A stretch of DNA of 63,653 nucleotides, counting the filler, from Choristocarpus tenellus KU-1152 (taxonomy: Eukaryota > Protista > Phaeophyceae), in the NCBI GenBank assembly GCA_964200185.2. It is 10 parts of 10 records of this genome, joined end to end, with 100 filler letters (N's around TTAATTAATTAA, not from the genome) between each part and the next. Parts side by side here need not be neighbours in the genome. Positions count along the whole stretch, not along the records: positions 3,931 to 26,837 come from CAXNAD020000272.1; positions 26,938 to 30,637 come from CAXNAD020018433.1; positions 30,738 to 35,499 come from CAXNAD020013154.1; positions 35,600 to 42,285 come from CAXNAD020007565.1; 6 more parts are not named here. One strand, given 5' to 3'. The position numbers and the translations under genes were made by a program. The notes below the pieces were generated by a model that saw only the letters and a program-made list of their open reading frames with translations, searched no databases and had not been told where the DNA came from. Position 1 is the stretch's first letter. Each line of letters opens with the position of its first letter. Shown here one piece after another: positions 26,591-39,300 of this stretch.

Positions 26591-26837
26591 GAGTGAAAAT
26601 ATCTTAGAGGCTGCGAATTTTGCCCTGTTTGTCCATTTGAGGCTAGGCTTCCCAGGGTATTTTTTATGACATTTTCCCTCTTTCGAAATGTTTCGGAGTA
26701 GGAAAAATGTATGTGTTGTGGAAAGGTGTGTGTTTGGAACAAGGATAGTGATACTTCCTAACAAGCACAATAGTCAAAATTACATCAAAATCGCAACATT
26801 GGATTTTGGAACCCAAACGGACGCGCCTCTACCCTCT
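26591..26837 (+). mobile_element. MITE family A, cut by the contig end
   Basis: GAGTGAAAATATCTTAGAGG ... CTCTACCCTCT followed by the linker. Confidence 0.9.
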
Positions 26838-26937
26838 NNNNNNNNNNNNNNNNNNNNNNNNNNNNNNNNNNNNNNNNNNNNTTAATTAATTAANNNNNNN
26901 NNNNNNNNNNNNNNNNNNNNNNNNNNNNNNNNNNNNN
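26838..26937. other. Artificial contig linker
   Basis: N44-TTAATTAATTAA-N44. Confidence 0.98.
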
Positions 26938-27699
26938 CGGTGATTCTCTTCGCCACCCTTGCCTGAGTGAACCACGCCGCCACAGAATCACATGATTCAC
27001 ACTAACCACGATTAAATTACTATAAAAACGATATTGTACCACATCAATTATGTGCCGCTTTGTTCGGGCATGCCTGTGTTTGAACAAAATCGGGGTACCT
27101 ACTGTAGCGCATAATAAAGAAGGGTAGTATTCTCATCAAAAGTTTTCTTAGGGTATGTGGAGAATATATTCACTATTTTCGATGCGTTTGTTGTAAGTAT
27201 GATGGAACACAAACGTATCAGAAAAGGTGTGGATAAAGTTGTCTTTTTTTCAATATTGAACGAAGTTGTACTTTTTTTTGTAAAACTATGTAGATGTATG
27301 TGTTTATTAAAAATACAACCTACATACATTAGAAGTGGTGTAGATTATCAGTTGTGTCCAATCCAGAATATATGGCTGTTCACGTTCCAGAACTCGCTTA
27401 ATCTCATTCTTATTGTGTTGTCATCCACGTTTTGTTCTTCTTATTATGCACAATTCTGAGATTCTTCGAACATAATTATCTAAACGGGAAGACATGATCT
27501 ACACTTTGAAACATTTTCCTAAATCCCCAACATACAAGTACACAATGACAAAGTGACAGTCACACCATTTCCTCTCTACCCTCATGCCTTGGGGCCGTCG
27601 TGACCAGGTGAGGTCCTATCATGTGTATACCATGTAGAAGTTAGAGCTGTATTGCTATTTGTGTGTACACTTTTATTGTTTTAGTCGAAGTTCAACAGT

Positions 27700-27803
27700 T
27701 GTTACACATGGAAACACTGTTGATAAGTGGGTTTATATAGACATGTGAATAGTTTTCGTTGGTTTTCCCCCTGACATACCCCAAAATGTTAAGAGGGCAT
27801 AAT
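27700..27803 (+). mobile_element. CRE-like LINE 3' tail
   Basis: GACATGTGAATAGTTTTCGTTGGTTTTCCCCCTGACATACCCCAAAATGTTAAGAGGGCATAAT. Confidence 0.7.
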
Positions 27804-28093
27804 TATATACAAATTAATATACACACCAGCCGTTCCAATTCTTCCTCAACTAGACAACTTTGTGTTTACTGTGTAGTACAAATTTCATCTGATCGAGGTA
27901 TCAACACAGTAACCAATAAATGATTCACCTCCCGTCAAGATCATTACGTGAGCTTAGGTATATAGTCAATGGTGTTTCTCTCATTGTACTCCTCATTCGT
28001 AGATAGCCCAAGGGGGCGTTTCTCTAATCACAGTACTGATTGGTTCGTGTGTCCCGTCACCAACACTCCACCTCCCTACCCCTGTGACTTTAG

Positions 28094-30511
28094 AAGAAAG
28101 GCATCCTCCTCCCGGGGAGCAAAGGGTCGATATGGCGGGTCTGGATGCTCAGCTGTCAGGCTCGGTTCGGTTACTTCATTCTTCTTGTTGTTCTCTTTAC
28201 GATCACAGGCGGCATGGCCATCTCCGTTCACACGTTCTTCCTCACCTTCATTCCTGAAAACAAGACCTCAGAGGTGGGTGCTGTTTGTTTGACCTCACAC
28301 CCGATACCGTTTTCCCTCTCGGCAACATCATAGGATGGGATTCCATTTATTACCTTCCCTCCAGCTTCCCGCTTTTTTGCAGATTCGGTCCATGATTTCT
28401 AGACTTGTCCTATATTTTCTCCCTGACAAGCCGCTGCACTTAATCTCCGTCTCATCGGGATGCAAGGGTGGCTATGACACGACTTCCCCAGTCGGTGATG
28501 GCTTCACCACACGATTTGGCCTGGGGGTGATCATGTTTCCTATTGGACTCTTCGCATGTGCCTGGGCATTTGACCAGGTGTGAACCCATCATGTAGGTAA
28601 AGTCAACAGGATATCTGGGATACTCAAACGTTTGAAGGGACGTCTAAGCTGGAGGTGGGGGAATGATGTGGGGCAGCTAGGGGTTAAAGCAAATTGTAGG
28701 ACTGTTGGTGCGTATTCGTTCGTTTTTTGCTGTGCTCCTTGTCTTAAGTTTGTCGGGTCAGCCTTGAGTGGTAATGTTCACCACTGAACAAAAACTGCTT
28801 TGACATGTGTTATATCGCCGCTGTAGAGTGGTCCATAAGAAGAGCTCCCCGTAACCTGCTTTTGCGACTCATGCATAGCTTGTTGATGTAGGAAGATGCA
28901 TTCAAAGTGAGAATGTTACTTGTATCCCATCTCAAAAATGGAGGACATGGTAGCTGAATCTAGTACAAACGTGCAGTTATTCACCGTTTTTTTCACTCTT
29001 GTTTGTGATGAAGGAGGCCCCCTCCAAAGATAGAAGTGGCGGCTGTCAATTTTACATAGTACTCTAAACAGGAATTGAAAAATACTTACCAACTGGACCT
29101 CCAAACCCTCCATCAACTCATATTGCTTGTCCCAGGTTACGGAGCTTTTGACTGACACTCTTCGCCTCGAGGGTGGTGGAATGGGTAGCTTCAGGTGGTT
29201 CCAAGACACCCCTTACTATCAATTGCGTTCATGTGAATTATGTGTCAATATATTTTGGGAACCTCCCACTGTGGAAGCTTTTTTTCTCCATCTGTAGAAT
29301 AAGATTTGCTGCTAGTGATCTCTGCCTAGAAGCAGACAAGTGATATCAGCTGTAGCACCCATGAAGAATAGTGTTGTACACAGAATTGTTTGCAATGTTC
29401 TGGTGATAATGTATTTTACTGAGCACTAGCTGAAGGTGGTCAACAATTGGCCAAGCAAACAAGTCTTGTGTACATTTTTACAAGAGGTCAACTGCACATT
29501 AATATTGTTAAGAGGACAGATTTGCCATGGTTCGTAAGAGTAGATACCTTATGACTAATGTGTACGGAATACTGTGTGGTAGTGCAGTTCCTCTGCTATT
29601 CAACAGGGTAGTGAACAGCGTTGTTTTGGCAAGGTTGGGGCTATAGTAGTGACTATTTCAAGGTACACATAATCTCTGTAGCAATAGTGGTTTGGACAAT
29701 CATTGGAGCATGTTCGATTTTTACTTGACTCCTGCATTGAAAGTTGGGAAGAAAGTTATTTGGAGCAGTGAGTGCACAGTATTTATTTTCTAGCACATAA
29801 TAGACTCTTTTGATGTAGATACATGTCTGATTTTGGAGTGACAGCACTACTATGTTACCTTTTTTGTTGCATCATATCAATTTGTTCAATAGTAGCTTCT
29901 TTCAATGAGGTAGTTGAGACAGCATGGCCTTGTCTCATGTACATTCAGTGCATATTGTGCTGTCTGGCAGACCTCTTCAACAACTGGATGTGATTTTGCA
30001 GTCTATTTCCTTTGATCTGTTCCCAGTTGCCCTTATTTCACTCACTGCCGCCTGTCCTTTTATGAACCCATGGAACCCTGTAACCTACTTCATCCTTCCC
30101 AAATGAAAGAGTAGCATTGGACACTGTGATTATGATTATTTGACTTGTGTCCGTCGCCGTTCTTGCTCTCCCGCGTAGATGACTTGTTTGTGTGGTAGGG
30201 TTAGGGCTAGGGCTAGGGCTAGGATTATGATTGTTCTTGGCCATGCTTGTTATTATGATTGTTCTTGTTACGCCACTTTGTGCTGTAGTTGTTCCCCCTC
30301 ACCCCACAACTACTTACACCTACCTATCTTGATGTTAATTTATTTTAACAGGCTTGCATTAACCACAGTGATTCACTGTATCATCCACTGGCAATGGTTC
30401 CTTGAGAGAGATGGAGCCCCTGAGATTAAGGATTCATGGAGGGCTGATCATGAAAATGGCCGCCCTGTAGGCTACTGTGCTGTAGAGGATTGCAAAGGCG
30501 ATGACTCTGTG
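28094..30511 (+). CDS. Internal exons of a multi-pass membrane protein (28094-28273, 28383-28577, 30352-30511; intervening exon(s) unresolved)
   Basis: GT-AG bounded exons, the first two in phase 0; hydrophobic segments FGYFILLVVLFTITGGMAI and FGLGVIMFPIGLFACAWAF; family not recognised. Confidence 0.6.
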
Positions 30512-30556
30512 GTAGGTCAAGCACAAATCTGTTGTGTTGTGAACAGGGGCTTGTCT

Positions 30557-30598
<42 letters not shown>

Positions 30599-30637
30599 TT
30601 TTTTTTTTTTTTTTTTTTTGTTGTGTATTGTGTAAAC

Positions 30638-30737
30638 NNNNNNNNNNNNNNNNNNNNNNNNNNNNNNNNNNNNNNNNNNNNTTAATTAATTAANNNNNNN
30701 NNNNNNNNNNNNNNNNNNNNNNNNNNNNNNNNNNNNN
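30638..30737. other. Artificial contig linker
   Basis: N44-TTAATTAATTAA-N44. Confidence 0.98.
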
Positions 30738-31509
30738 GGGAGTTGGAAGAGAAGTCAGTGGGGGAAGGTTGTGTATTGGGTACGGGCATGGTTGATGTGG
30801 TTCAGAAGTCACAGCAGGGGGGGGGAGGAATACATGGATGCTGAGACTTGCAGATAACAACAGTGATCCTCCATCTAATCTAGGCGGCACCATCCAAGTG
30901 ACACCTGCCATATGAGAAGAGGCTGGTTGGTCTGTTGGTGGGAAAGCGGAGAATATGTTGCCCTTAAAGGCTTTGACTTGCACGGGAATGGACCGAAGGA
31001 CCAGCCAATTGGGTGTATACAGGTGCTGATAGTGTCAACTGCAAGGAGAATAGATTGTTTCTGGTGGTGTTGTGGTGTTTGGGGGAGGATATGTCGACTG
31101 GTGGATAGGAAAGCAGAAAACGGTTTCACTGTCTACTGCTGAGGCTGAGTATGTTACATCGTGTGAGTTGGGGAAAGAGTTACGTTCCTTAACCAGGCAC
31201 GTGCTCATGCAACCACTTCGTAAGGACTATGCGCAGATTTAGACTGCTGTTTGTATGAGTATGGAAGAGAGAAGGCATGGGAGCCTCACACAATCCCCCT
31301 TTGCTGAATGTGATCGCATAGTTGAAAAGAGAAGAGCGATCACATTTTAGATGGCGGGGGGCTGGCTTGGTTTAGTGCCTGTTGCTTCTAATTAATAACT
31401 CTCAACACTTCCAACCTTTCTAGAAACCTCCATCAATATATAGAAAAACGTCTCGAACATGTGGACATCAAATCCCAGAATTGATTCTCTATAAATATCC
31501 CGCTATGGT

Positions 31510-32255
31510 ATGAACCATGATCCCCAATGCTTTCGGTTACATATTGCTGCAATTCATATCGTATTCTGCGCAGATTGCTCTATGGCAGTCATCGAGGATA
31601 ATGGTGGTGCAATTAAGATTGCTCAGAAGGAACAATCTGGAAGCGAAACGAAACACATAGATATACGATACCACCATGTATGTCAGTTGGGGAGGGAAGG
31701 AAAGGTTATGATCGAGTTCTTACCTATGGAGTTCCAATAGGCGTATCTCTCAGGAAGGCTCGGTCGAAGGGATCGTTCAATAGGAATTCCGGTGTTGTAA
31801 TGAATAGAATGAAGTGGGACAGATTTTTGTGTTGATGGCATAAGATGCGTGATTGAGGTAGTACTTTTTCACTAGAAATTCGAAGGAGGGGAGTGTGTCA
31901 AGAATATGCTTTCAATTCTTGTGTACATTTATTTTTTGTAAGAAACAATCGGTTGTTTGAAGAGAACAAGTTTGTATTCTGAACAACAGGAGATACGTAT
32001 AGGTTAATGAAATAGAACGCGGAAGAGTCGGGGAGTAGGAAATATTGTGGTAAGAAATCTGTGTAGCAAGTTAATCTGTGATTAGTGATCCACAGAATGG
32101 GATAGATTTGGTGGAAGAGATCCCCTCGTGGGCTTAAAGGCTCACTCCACCTTTCACCTTCCATACTTCATCTACAGTCTGTCCAACTCAAGAAGAGATT
32201 AATTAATGGAGTCAATTATATACACGAGTCTTGGGAGACATCACCTTCTCTAACA
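31510..32255 (+). mobile_element. Ty1/Copia remnant: RNase H end, polypurine tract and probable 3' LTR
   Basis: IEDNGGAIKIA...TKHIDIRYHHV is the Copia RNase H signature; PPT AAGGAGGGGAG at 31883-31893, then TGTCAAG at 31896; LTR end at ...ACA 32176 or 32255 (uncertain). Confidence 0.75.
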
Positions 32256-32359
32256 CGCTCGCACCTAACGGCACGCGCCCTGTATTTGACTCAACGTTCG
32301 AGAGAAAACCTCCTACACCAGAATCTGGTACGCTCATGTCAAAGTAGGTTAGGTACTAC

Positions 32360-32727
32360 TGTCACGAAAGGACTCTCCCCCTTTCAAATCCGTGGAACCC
32401 AAATGACTACAGACGAAAAATCAATGTATCACAATCACAAAGAAATATAATAACTGTCATAGAAAGGATATTTACCTCCCTAAGAACTATGAACATCTAA
32501 TCAAGTACAGACGAAAATGTCTGACAATAACGCAGAAGCAGTGTACTGCCATGGGAAGACCCTCCCCCCTACACAACTATAAAACAGAGACAAATACAGA
32601 CGAAAATGTCTCACACGGATAAGATATAAGTACGGTACTGTCATAGAAAGACTTCCCCCTTGTTGTATCCGTATCCAGTAGGGTTTTGTGATCCACTCGC
32701 CCATACGTAGCAACCCTCCCCCCTCTA
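32360..32727 (-). mobile_element. Probable Gypsy-type 3' LTR with preceding PPT
   Basis: Minus strand: purine run AGAGGGGGGAGGG, then TGCTACG (32712) ... CGTGACA (32360), near-inverted LTR termini; internal repeats of ACTGTCATAGAAAG. Confidence 0.5.
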
Positions 32728-34942
32728 TTGCCATCTCCAGTGTGCTCTTGTTTGCTGCTCCCAAAGACTGGAATATCTTAATTGTCCCGTCTCCTTTTGT
32801 CTCTCCCTCGAGGTACTCAGCCCATGTATCCCGTCCCTATCCTACGTCCCTTAGCCACACTTTCTTGATGGGGGTACCTGTGTGCCACATACAAAGCACA
32901 CCTTGTGTTCCCTTAAGCCACCTGCGCCTGAGTTCTGACTGATCGAACTGCTGTTGGAAACTGGGGTTGAGTGAATCGTACTCTCTGGTACAGTGACAGG
33001 TTGCTCGTAGTGAAGGTCGTCATAGTGCAGTGAGGCACTGATGAGTTTGTGCTGATGAACCTGGTGACATGCTCTGCACAGTCAGAGGATATCTGGTACA
33101 GCGATGTTGGGTATTCCTTGGTACGTTCAAAGGAAGAAATTCATGCTTTGTGTAGAGGCTTGTCACCTTGTGAAGAACTGTTTGTATATATATATTAAAT
33201 ATGAATATTTAGCATCCAGTCGTGTATCTGGTACACCTAGTGCAGGGAGAGTTCTGCATCTGAGTGGGGGCGAGGCCAGCCGAAGAATAAGGAAAGGGAG
33301 AGACATTGCACGAGGAACAAGTGGTGGTTCTGGTGTGAAGATAAGAAAAAAGAAAGACACAAACTTGAATCAATACCTGAGACAACTCATGTGGCACGTA
33401 CTATACTCGTACGTTTGAGAGATGTCGACTGTTTCATACTTGCTATGAAACGTGGAATTGCAACGGTAATCTATGATCCGATAATGTAGAATGAACGATG
33501 TAAGAGGTGAGTAACGACCAGTACTGATGTGCGAATCAACAGTGAGTATGAACCGGTAATACTGTATAACATCAGTAACACAAAAGACGAGCAGCCTATG
33601 TTTCAACAACTGCTGGCTATTTCAGTACCAGAAAGTCGAGATTGCAATGCGGTAGAATGCAAAAAAATAGTGCGAGCACCAACGGATGACAATCGTTAGT
33701 ACGCGAGTAAGGCGGAACCTACTCTACAGAAACCTGAGACACATGGGAACTCACAACTAGTAATGCTGCCAACACCCCATGCATGATCTCGAGGTGTTCC
33801 CCCCATTAGAGGGAGGCTCTGAGTTCATGGTCTGGGGCACAGGTCGGTGGACACAGTAAGTTGGCCTGTACTCTTGCCTAATCTCAAGGTTGTAAACATA
33901 GATCCTGAAGCCATGAAGCCGAGTACAGGTCATTGATACGACCTGTAAGGCAGCCTGCACTCTCTCACACAGGCTCAGAGTCGTAGAGAGAGACCCTGAA
34001 ACCGGGATCACAAGTGCAGGTCATCGGTTCGAACCAGTGCAGACAGGAAGGCGACTTGCACTCTCTTCCACAGCATCAAAGTCGCACAAAGAGACCCTGA
34101 TGCCGTGGTCTGGAGTGCAGACAATCGATGAGTACACGAGTGGATGTCCTCACTCATGGTCACAAGGTCTGTTCCCTGCTGAGGGTGAATAACTGATGCG
34201 ACGACGCAGACCCATTCCCCCCGATTGGAGAGAAGATGGAGATGAGTCTATAGGGTCTGAAGGAGCTAACGACAGTCTCATGTGGAAAGCCGAGCATTTC
34301 TCTCCGGTTTGAAGAGGACAAGGTAGGACCACCATCTTACAAAACACTCGCAAGCTTACCATGATGGGATGTTTACCTCCAATCTACAAGCCCGTAGGTG
34401 AATGGAGATGCTTGCAGAGGTTGTGGAGGGCTCCATAATAGAAATTTCATCGAATATGCTGGATCTCTCACTTCGATCATTCACATTTATTGGTTTGTTT
34501 GGAGTATATAAAAGGACTGGACAACCATGCATGCCATGTGTACGACCTCATATTGACTAGATCGTAAATAAATGGTCAAGAAGTACAATATATGGAATCT
34601 AAGACTTCAAGGTCATAATGGCGTTTATGAAACCGCCATTAATACACATCGCCCGTGACAACTCTAGTTTGTCATTGAATCAATCGGAGCCTAATCATCC
34701 AATTATTCGAGCAAATTTTAAAATTAGGTACAGTATTCGTTACGGCAGCAAGTAGGTAGGGAGTCGTCTTAGCAATGCTTCAATGCCACGTTTATGTCCT
34801 GAGGGACCTCAAGAAATTGGTCCGTAGTAGGCAAAAGGAGTCAGTAGGAGGGGTTTGTTAGCACTCCGTCGGTCAAAAGGAGTTATTTTGTCAACTGGGT
34901 TGTTAGGCATTGCCCCATCCTTTGTCTTTGTAGTTCAGTCTA

Positions 34943-35198
34943 GAGTGAAAGTATCTTAGAGGGCACGAGTTTTGCCCTGTTTGTCCGTTTGGGGATTGAC
35001 TTCCAAAGGGATTTTTCTGACATTTTCCTACTCCGAAATATTTTGGAGTAGGTAAAATGTGCACGTTATGAAAAGGTGTCCGCAACAAGGATATTGACAC
35101 TTCCTAACAAAAACGATAGCCAAAATTACATCAAAATCGCAACATTGGATTGTGACCCCCAAATGGACGCTGCTTTACCCTCTAAGATACTTTGGCTC
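34943..35198 (+). mobile_element. MITE family A
   Basis: Both TIRs intact; flanks TCTA/TCTA. Confidence 0.9.
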
Positions 35199-35479
35199 TC
35201 TAGTGTAGAGACCAAACATAAATTCTGGTCGGTGTACACACTCCTAATCTAATACTTCGAAATATATCGTTGGAAACATACTCATGCAACACGTCATCTT
35301 CACGCAGGGATTGTCGAACAGGAGGCAGACAGCATAATCAAAAAGTGCATAGGAAATGAGTGACAGGAGAATAAGGGAAGTAAGGAGTAGTGTGACAGAA
35401 TTAAAGGTGAAATGGCAAAGGCAGAGTTTGGAGGACAAGGAGGGGCAGGACCAAGGCAACTGCTAAACAATCTTCTCCA

Positions 35480-35712
35480 GGGTCAAATTATCTGGGGGGN
35501 NNNNNNNNNNNNNNNNNNNNNNNNNNNNNNNNNNNNNNNNNNNTTAATTAATTAANNNNNNNNNNNNNNNNNNNNNNNNNNNNNNNNNNNNNNNNNNNNG
35601 GGTGATTTGGTTGCATATGTCGGACGGATAATGTATATGCACTTTTCCTAATTTTGGACCAAATGGACACCCTGGTGTTGACTCCTCCCCCCCCCCCCAG
35701 ATACTTTGGGTC
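35480..35712 (-). mobile_element. MITE family C ends on both sides of a linker
   Basis: GGGTCAAATTATCTGGGGGG before the linker; the body and CAGATACTTTGGGTC after it, in the same orientation. Confidence 0.75.
35500..35599. other. Artificial contig linker
   Basis: N44-TTAATTAATTAA-N44. Confidence 0.98.
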
Positions 35713-36026
35713 TCACAACTATTTTCATTACTATCTCCGTTCATGACTTCCTGCTAGAGTGTTGGGTTCAACCATCAACCACTCATTGCTAGGCCTCCTC
35801 CCTCAAGACTCATGGTAGGTGTGTATCGGGACTGCTCAGCAATAGAGATTTGCCAACCTGTTTTGGTTTTCCTGTGTGATAGTTGTATAGCACAGATAGG
35901 ATAGTGGTCCCTACGGGTTGTGCAGTCATTCGTAGTACTTGCCACGTGGACCTTTTGGATAGTCGAAACCATATATCATTAAAAAGAAATCAAAAGGGTC
36001 TTGAACGCACCAGATCAATGTTGAGA

Positions 36027-36282
36027 GAGTCAAAGTAAACGAGAGGTACCCAAATTTTGGGCGTTTTGCATTATAAGCCTAATTTTTTATTTCGCAATTC
36101 ACCCATATTTGTTGGGATGATGTGGTAAGTTTGACTTGAGAACGTTAATATCTTTAGTGCTTAGGAAATTTTCGATACAATCCGAAAATATCCTACATAC
36201 ACCATTTGTAAAATAGACATATTTGCACATTTGTAGGCATCCTTAAAATGCAACTCTGACTACCTCTCGTTTACTTTGACTC
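36027..36282 (+). mobile_element. MITE family B (~256 bp)
   Basis: Perfect 22-bp TIRs GAGTCAAAGTAAACGAGAGGTA ... TACCTCTCGTTTACTTTGACTC; related copy at 48097-48355. Confidence 0.9.
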
Positions 36283-36940
36283 TGAACAACTCCCATCAAG
36301 TACTGGTTCATGATGATCCACTCTTGTCTGAAGACGTAGGTTCTCTTATTGGAGTTGAACGAAGTCCAAACGAGGAACCTGTTCATGACGGGGTTTTGTG
36401 AGTCAGCAGCACTGGCGTAGGTGGCGGGGACAGGGGTGTGACCTGGCAGGTTTTGGCCTCGTGACGTTTGGCACATTCACAGGCCTGAGCAAACTTGGTA
36501 GCAGGTTCTTCCCGGACTTGTTCAAGAGAAAGAGTAGGGAGTAAGCCATCTTCTCTAAGGGCGGTTGTTGTGTCAACACAATCTGAAGGAGGTTCTGTGC
36601 TACAAACATCCTCCAGAAAACGATTCATAGCCATCATCCAACGCAGAGTGTATTCAACAGACTCTCTTACTGTTTCGAGGATGTGAGTCTACAAACCCAA
36701 ACACTCACAGCATGGGCAGGGGTGAGCGCATTGATTTACCCCTTGTGGACATCTTCCCACAGAGTCAGAGGGGTTATTGGAACTGGGGTACTGGGGGAAG
36801 ACTGCAATCTGGCTAAGTCACTAGTTGAAATCCATTCCATGGTACCAGTGAAGGCCTGAAATCAAATGTTTCAATAGGCCATGGAGAATTTTCGGTAAGA
36901 AATTGACACGATGAGGATAAAGGGGATGCCTGGCTGTATT

Positions 36941-37170
36941 GGCGAGAGGGCAAGGTTATAGTGACGTGCCTTTGGAAATAACAGTAGCAAATCTTCCTCC
37001 CCAGAACTTGCAGTAGCAAGACCAATACGAATTTCTGTGAATACTTGAAACTGTTTGGCGAGTGGCAAAGTTATAGTGACATGCCTTTGGAAATAGCAAT
37101 AGCAAATCTTCCTCCCCAGAACCTGCAGTAGCAAGACCAATACGAATTCTGCGAATACTTGAAACTGTTT
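36941..37170. repeat. Tandem duplication, ~116-bp unit x2
   Basis: GTTATAGTGAC...AAATCTTCCTCCCCAGAAC...GAATACTTGAAACTGTTT occurs twice; explains the two ORFs that start MVLLLQVLGRKICY. Confidence 0.9.
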
Positions 37171-38289
37171 CCATCTGGCAGTGTCCGAGAATGGGAGACA
37201 TCACTAGGATTTGAAGTGGCAGATCTTTTGTGACGGTGCTGTGTCCACAAGCCCGGAGTTTCAGGATTGTCCTGATTTTATCAAAGCCGCACATTGTTAG
37301 TTTTGACACGCTCTTTGCATGGTGTGTAATGGACATAGGGATGACATCACTGGACTGTGCCTGTGAGACAGTCACTTCCCGAGCGGTTAAATAGAGAGAG
37401 GAAACTGGTGTCACGGTTGCCTGAGCTGATACGATGTTCAAAGGATGACAACACTGTGCCTGGACCACCCCGACATCTACTGGAGGGGATGGAGTGGACC
37501 CTTGTCAGCAATCCATAGGTTCTGAGCTGTCAGAAGATGAAGTATTAGAGAAAAGCAACATGTCTTGACCATTATTTGTGGGTGCTTACACATCTTGTAC
37601 TTCCTCTGTTCGGAATTAAATGAGAAAATAACTTTTGCGAGCTCTGTTCTTGCCCGGGAATGACCCATATGATAAGCCATCTGGATGCTTAGTTCTCATT
37701 TAGATTGGGAGGCGTGCAAATTTGAGGTCGTGGGCTGTCATGGCTGTGGAGGATCACCAGTGCAAAGTGTACAAAGTCGAATTTGACGGGGTTGAATAAC
37801 CTCATATATCTGTCAGAGCGGGTGTTTATTGGAATACCTATGACCAAAACCCCCATTGTTCGAGCGGCTCATTCATCCGGGCGTTGCCCGTTGGTCCTCA
37901 TTCTTCGGCACAGAATTCTGTCTGGGGTCAGGAATCAAACACCCCAACAGAGAACAGAGCAGTAGTGCAATGCCTGGTGGTGAAAGGGCTGGAGCCTCAG
38001 ATGTCTCCGGGGATGGTGGGGGCCATTGTGGAGGACTTCAGAATTTCCCATATTACAATGTTCTGTCATCTATAGGAGTGTGACAGCCAGATCAAAAGGG
38101 ATAATTTCATGGGCATTATACGGTGTCACAAGGGGCAATGTGGCTGCTGTGCAAGTATCCTCGATGTTTGGGATGTCCCATCAGTACACCACACCCTTCC
38201 ACACATGGGCGCCCAAAGCTGAGATCTACCTTCTTGTCTCGTTGTGGTATCAGTGCAAGTGTGAGAAGAAGGTGAAGCAGTGGATTAGG

Positions 38290-39300
38290 CCAGTCCTCTC
38301 AGATCAGCAGAAAGTCAACTGGTGAGTTTCATTATCAGCCACAGACACAAGAGGGGGGTAAGTGGGATTAAGTTGGACAATCTGTATGACTGGGTGCATG
38401 TGGACGAGATGTGGTTTTACATCCTCCAAGATGGGCAAGGTGTGTACTTGCACCCCACAGAAAAAACCCCAAAACCCCACAGGCACAGAATATGTGTTGC
38501 ATTACGAAGGTGATGTTCCTTACAGCTGTGGCCTGCCGTAGCAAATTCTCCTACTGGGTGTGGTTTGATGGGAAAATCGGGAACTGGTCAATGATGGACA
38601 CTAAAGTCGTTCAGTACTCCAGCAAACACCACCCCAAAGGCAAGGTGCTTGTTTCAGCCGTGGTGGATGGGGAGAGGGGTATGATGCTCGTGATTGAGGA
38701 TATCATCCCACCAATCAAGACCCCCATGTCTAGGCTGGAAGGATTTACCATCTTTGCGCAGCAGGATGGGGCAAAGTCACACACCAAGGAGGATCATGGA
38801 GACAATCGAAGAGGTGGTGGGGGACAAAGAGTGAAAGTATCTTAGACGGTACGAATTTTGCCCTGTTTGTCCATTTGGGGCTTGGCTTCCCACGAGTTTT
38901 CTATGACATTTTCCTAATCGGAAATATTTTAAAGTAGGTAAAATGTGTATGTTATGAAAAGGTGTGTTCGGAACAAGGATATTGACACTTCCTAACAACA
39001 CAATAGCCCAAATTACATCAAAATCTCAACATTGGATTTTGGCCCCCAAACAGACACGACTCTACCTCTAAGATAATTTGACTCAAGACATTGTCATAGA
39101 GACCCAGCCAGTCAACCCACCTGACCTCAACGTCAACGACCAGGGTTTTTTCATTCCATCCCACAACTGAAGAAAGACGTGGTGGTGACCAACAGATAAG
39201 ACCTGGTGGAGAATACAATGGAGGCGTTTGATGTGTTCCCCTGGGAGACCAGAAGCGTCTGACAGAGCTTCATCATAGTCTGTGGTGAAGTGTTTGGGCT
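38290..39300 (+). mobile_element. Tc1/mariner transposase pseudogene (DD~37D, plant-mariner-like motifs), interrupted by MITE A
   Basis: WVHVDEMWFY, ITKVMFLTAVA, FDGKIG, AQQDGAKSH, then after the MITE ETQPVNPPDLNVNDQGFF; several frameshifts make the exact D-D spacing uncertain. Confidence 0.85.
38829..39084 (+). mobile_element. MITE family A inside the mariner catalytic domain
   Basis: GAGTGAAAGTATCTTAGACGGTA ... CTCTAAGATAATTTGACTC between the second and third catalytic Asp regions. Confidence 0.9.

Noticed and set aside
35760-37700. A second Sola-like transposase on the minus strand
   Set aside because: Looks like decayed coding DNA interrupted by MITE B, but no catalytic motif could be identified with confidence.
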